A DNA stretch of 64,000 bases from Mobula hypostoma (Eukaryota), in contig NC_086097.1 of assembly GCF_963921235.1 (NCBI RefSeq), positions 218,924,001-218,988,000 of the forward strand. The letters run 5' to 3'. This document shows positions 61,486 to 64,000 of the stretch, piece after piece. Under the pieces are notes generated by a model. The model was given only the letters and a program-made list of their open reading frames with translations. It made no database searches and had not been told where the DNA came from. Both the position numbers and the translations under genes were made by a program. How positions within the stretch are numbered: the stretch's first letter is position 1; each line of letters begins with the position of its first letter.

Positions 61486-63206
61486 ACCACTCTGCTCCGT
61501 CTAGCGGAATTAGTCCTTACTCTTAATAATTTCTCCTTTGGCTCCTCTCATTTCCTCCAAACTAAAGGTGTAGCCATGGGCACCCATATGGGTCCCAGCT
61601 ATGCCTGCCTTTTTGATGGCTATGTGGAACAATCTATGTTCCAAACCTGTTCTGGTATCTGTCCCCACTTTTCTTTCGCTACATCGACGACTGCATTGGC
61701 GCTGCTTCCTGCACGCATGCTGAGCTCATTGACTTCATTAACTTTGCCTCCAACTTTCACCCTGCCCTCAAGTTTACCTGGTCCATTTCTGACACCTCCC
61801 TCCCCTTTCTTGATCTTTCTGTCTCTATCCTGGACATAGCTTATCTACTGATGTCTATTATAAGCCTATGGACTCTCACAGCTACCTGGACTATTCCTCC
61901 TCCCACCCTGTCTCTTGCAAAAATACCGTCCCTTTATTGCAATTCCTCCGTCTCTGCTGCATCTGCTCTCAGGATGAGGCTTTTCATTTCAGGACGAAGG
62001 AGCTTTTTTTTAAAGAAAGGGGCTTCCCTTCCTCCACCATCAACTCTGCTCTCAAACACATCTCTCCCATTTCACGCACATCTGCTCTCACCCCAACCTC
62101 CGACCACTCCACTAGGAATAGGGTTCCTCTTGTCCTCACCTACCACCCCACCAGCCTCCGGGTCCAACATATAATTCTCCGTAACTTCCGCCACCTCCAA
62201 CGGGATCTCACCATCTTTCCCTCCCTCCCTCTCTCTGCTTTCCGCAGGGATCGCTCCCTACGCGACTCCCTTGTCCATTCATTCCCCCGCATCCCTTCCC
62301 ACCGATCTCCCTCCCGGCACTTATCCCTGTAAGCAGAACAAGTGCTACACATGCCCTTACACTTCCTCCCTTACCACCATTCAGGGCCCCAGACAGTCCT
62401 TCCAGGTGAGGCGACACTTCACCTGTGAGCCGGCTGGAGTGATATACTGCGTCCGGTGCTCCCGATGTGGCCGTCTATATATTGGCGAGACCCAACGCAG
62501 GCTGGGTGACCATTTCGCTGAACACCTGTGCTCTGTCCGTCAGAGAAAGCAGGATCTCCCAGTGGCCACACATTTTAATTCCATGTCCCATTCCCATTCT
62601 GATATGTCTATCCACAGCCTCCTCTACTGTCAAGATGAAACCACACTCAGGTTGGAGGAACAACACCTTATATTCTGTCGGGGTAGCCTCCAACCTGATG
62701 GCATGAACATTGACTTCTCTAACTTCCGGTTAATGCCCCACCTCCCCTTCGTACTCCATCCGTTATTTATTTATTTATTTATTTATTTATCTATTTATTT
62801 ATTATTATTATTAATTTTTTTTCTCTCTCTCCTTTTTCTCCCTCTGTCCCTCTCACTATACTCCTTGCCCATCCTCTGGGCTTCCCCCCTCCCCCTTTTT
62901 TTCTCCCCAGGCCTCCTGTCCCATGATCTTCTCCCTTCTCCAGCCTCATATCCCTTTTGCCATTCAACTTTCCAGCACTTAGCTCCATCCCTCCCCCTCC
63001 TGTCTTCTCCTATCATTTCAGATCGCCCCCCCCCCCCATTTTCAATCTCTTACTATCTCTTCTTTCAGTTAGTACTGACAAAAGGTCTTGGCCCGAAATG
63101 TCAACTGTGCCTCTTCCTATAGATGATGCCTGGCCTGCTGCATTCACCAGCAACTTTTATGTGTGTTGCTTGAAATTCCAGCATCTGCAAATTTCCTCGT
63201 GTTTGC
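61486..63206 (+). mobile_element. Penelope-like retroelement, 5'-truncated and frameshifted: RT C-terminal half, GIY-YIG endonuclease, 3' UTR and terminal unit
   Basis: RT motifs GVAMGTHMGPSYACLF and RYIDD (split across frames). Endonuclease VIYCVRCSRCGRLYIGET...VATHFN...RLEEQHLIF...LQPDGMNIDF. Then (TATT)n, a pyrimidine tract and the terminal unit with a decayed hammerhead near 63068-63106. Confidence 0.88.
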
Positions 63207-63842
63207 AAACTTGACGGATTATTTCTTCCATTAATCGATAAAAGTGTAACATGAAAGAGGTGAATTTGAACCAGGATTATTGCATGGACCTGCTGAAATT
63301 GAGTTTTAAATGAAACTGCGAATAAGCTTGGCAAAGAAAATGCAACATTCAGAAGAAAGTTTGATTACTGGTGCAACACACCTAAAAGTTGCAATGGCTG
63401 TAATTATTTTCCAATTTTTTATCAAATGTTCCTTTAACATACATCTCATATCAAAAAAAGGTTGATAGCACTCTAAGCATTATACTTTGTGATCAATTAA
63501 TCTGTGTTTATGCAAAATTGCTTGACATAGGTTTTGCCAGGCCTGTTTGTCTTTGGAGACCATAGAAAGCCCAAAGTAAGAAATTGCTTTCCCTGTCATT
63601 CTGGCTTCTTTCATTTATTGGTTAAGGTTTCCATTGTTTGAATTGCTGACAATTTTCCCGGTCATCTCAGAAAGAGAGTGATTGAGATAGTTCTGAGTAT
63701 GAATCAATATTGGTGTTTACCAGAAGCTTGTTTATCTTTAGTCTATTGATGTGTTAATCATTACCATCCTGTTGTGGTTCAGCAGAGTCCAGACTAATCC
63801 TCGTGTTTGCACGGGATAAATAGGCATCAGCTTGTAGGAATC

Positions 63843-64000
63843 GTAAACACAAAATGCTGTGCAGATGCTGGGGTCAAAGCAACACTCACAACATGCTTGA
63901 GGAACTCAGCAGGTCGGGCAGCATCCCTGTAAGCGTAAGTGTACACCTGTCCTGACACCTCCTCTCTTGCCCCAAACAGTCCTTCCAGGTGAGGCAACAC
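63843..64000. mobile_element. Penelope-like terminal unit (-) joined to a plus-strand Penelope coding fragment, cut by the window edge
   Basis: tgcagatgctgg...gaggaactcagcagg, then ccctgtaagcgtaagtgtacacctgtcct...cagtccttccaggtgaggcaacac, homologous to about 62325-62417. Confidence 0.7.

Noticed and set aside
63068..63106. Functional hammerhead in the long Penelope copy
   Set aside because: The core is mutated (CTGACAA, GAAATGTC) and helix I is disrupted; the copies near 435 and 54320-54352 also have mutated cores.
43721..64000. Next C8orf34 exon (expected EDLNDLRMEGV-like)
   Set aside because: Candidate acceptors near 55327 and 55465 give no recognisable peptide; the exon is probably beyond the window.

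Overview
Eukaryotic, repeat-dense, mostly intronic DNA. The repeat landscape (HER1/CR1-type LINEs, V-SINE, Rex1, Penelope-like termini) suggests a cartilaginous fish, probably a ray; this is inference. The only host gene I can support is a C8orf34 (VEST1) orthologue on the + strand. It has six internal coding exons (5484-5622, 7643-7771, 8674-8802, a 29-nt microexon at 15462-15490, 39330-39487, 43554-43720) that splice in frame through AG/GT sites. Its first and later exons are not seen. The introns hold decayed CR1, Rex1/Babar and Nimb/I-type LINEs, SINEs, a Tc1 remnant, hAT and PIF/Harbinger MITEs, a probable solo LTR and an end-to-end non-autonomous Helitron. The most notable system is a Penelope-like element (RT + GIY-YIG, 61486-63206) whose 3' terminal unit appears as about 16 short insertions. 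These units carry a minimal type I hammerhead ribozyme motif. A few copies are intact, several form foldbacks, and many junctions fall at the 5' edge of the ribozyme. Family names come from motif recognition, not database searches, and TE boundaries without TSD support are approximate.
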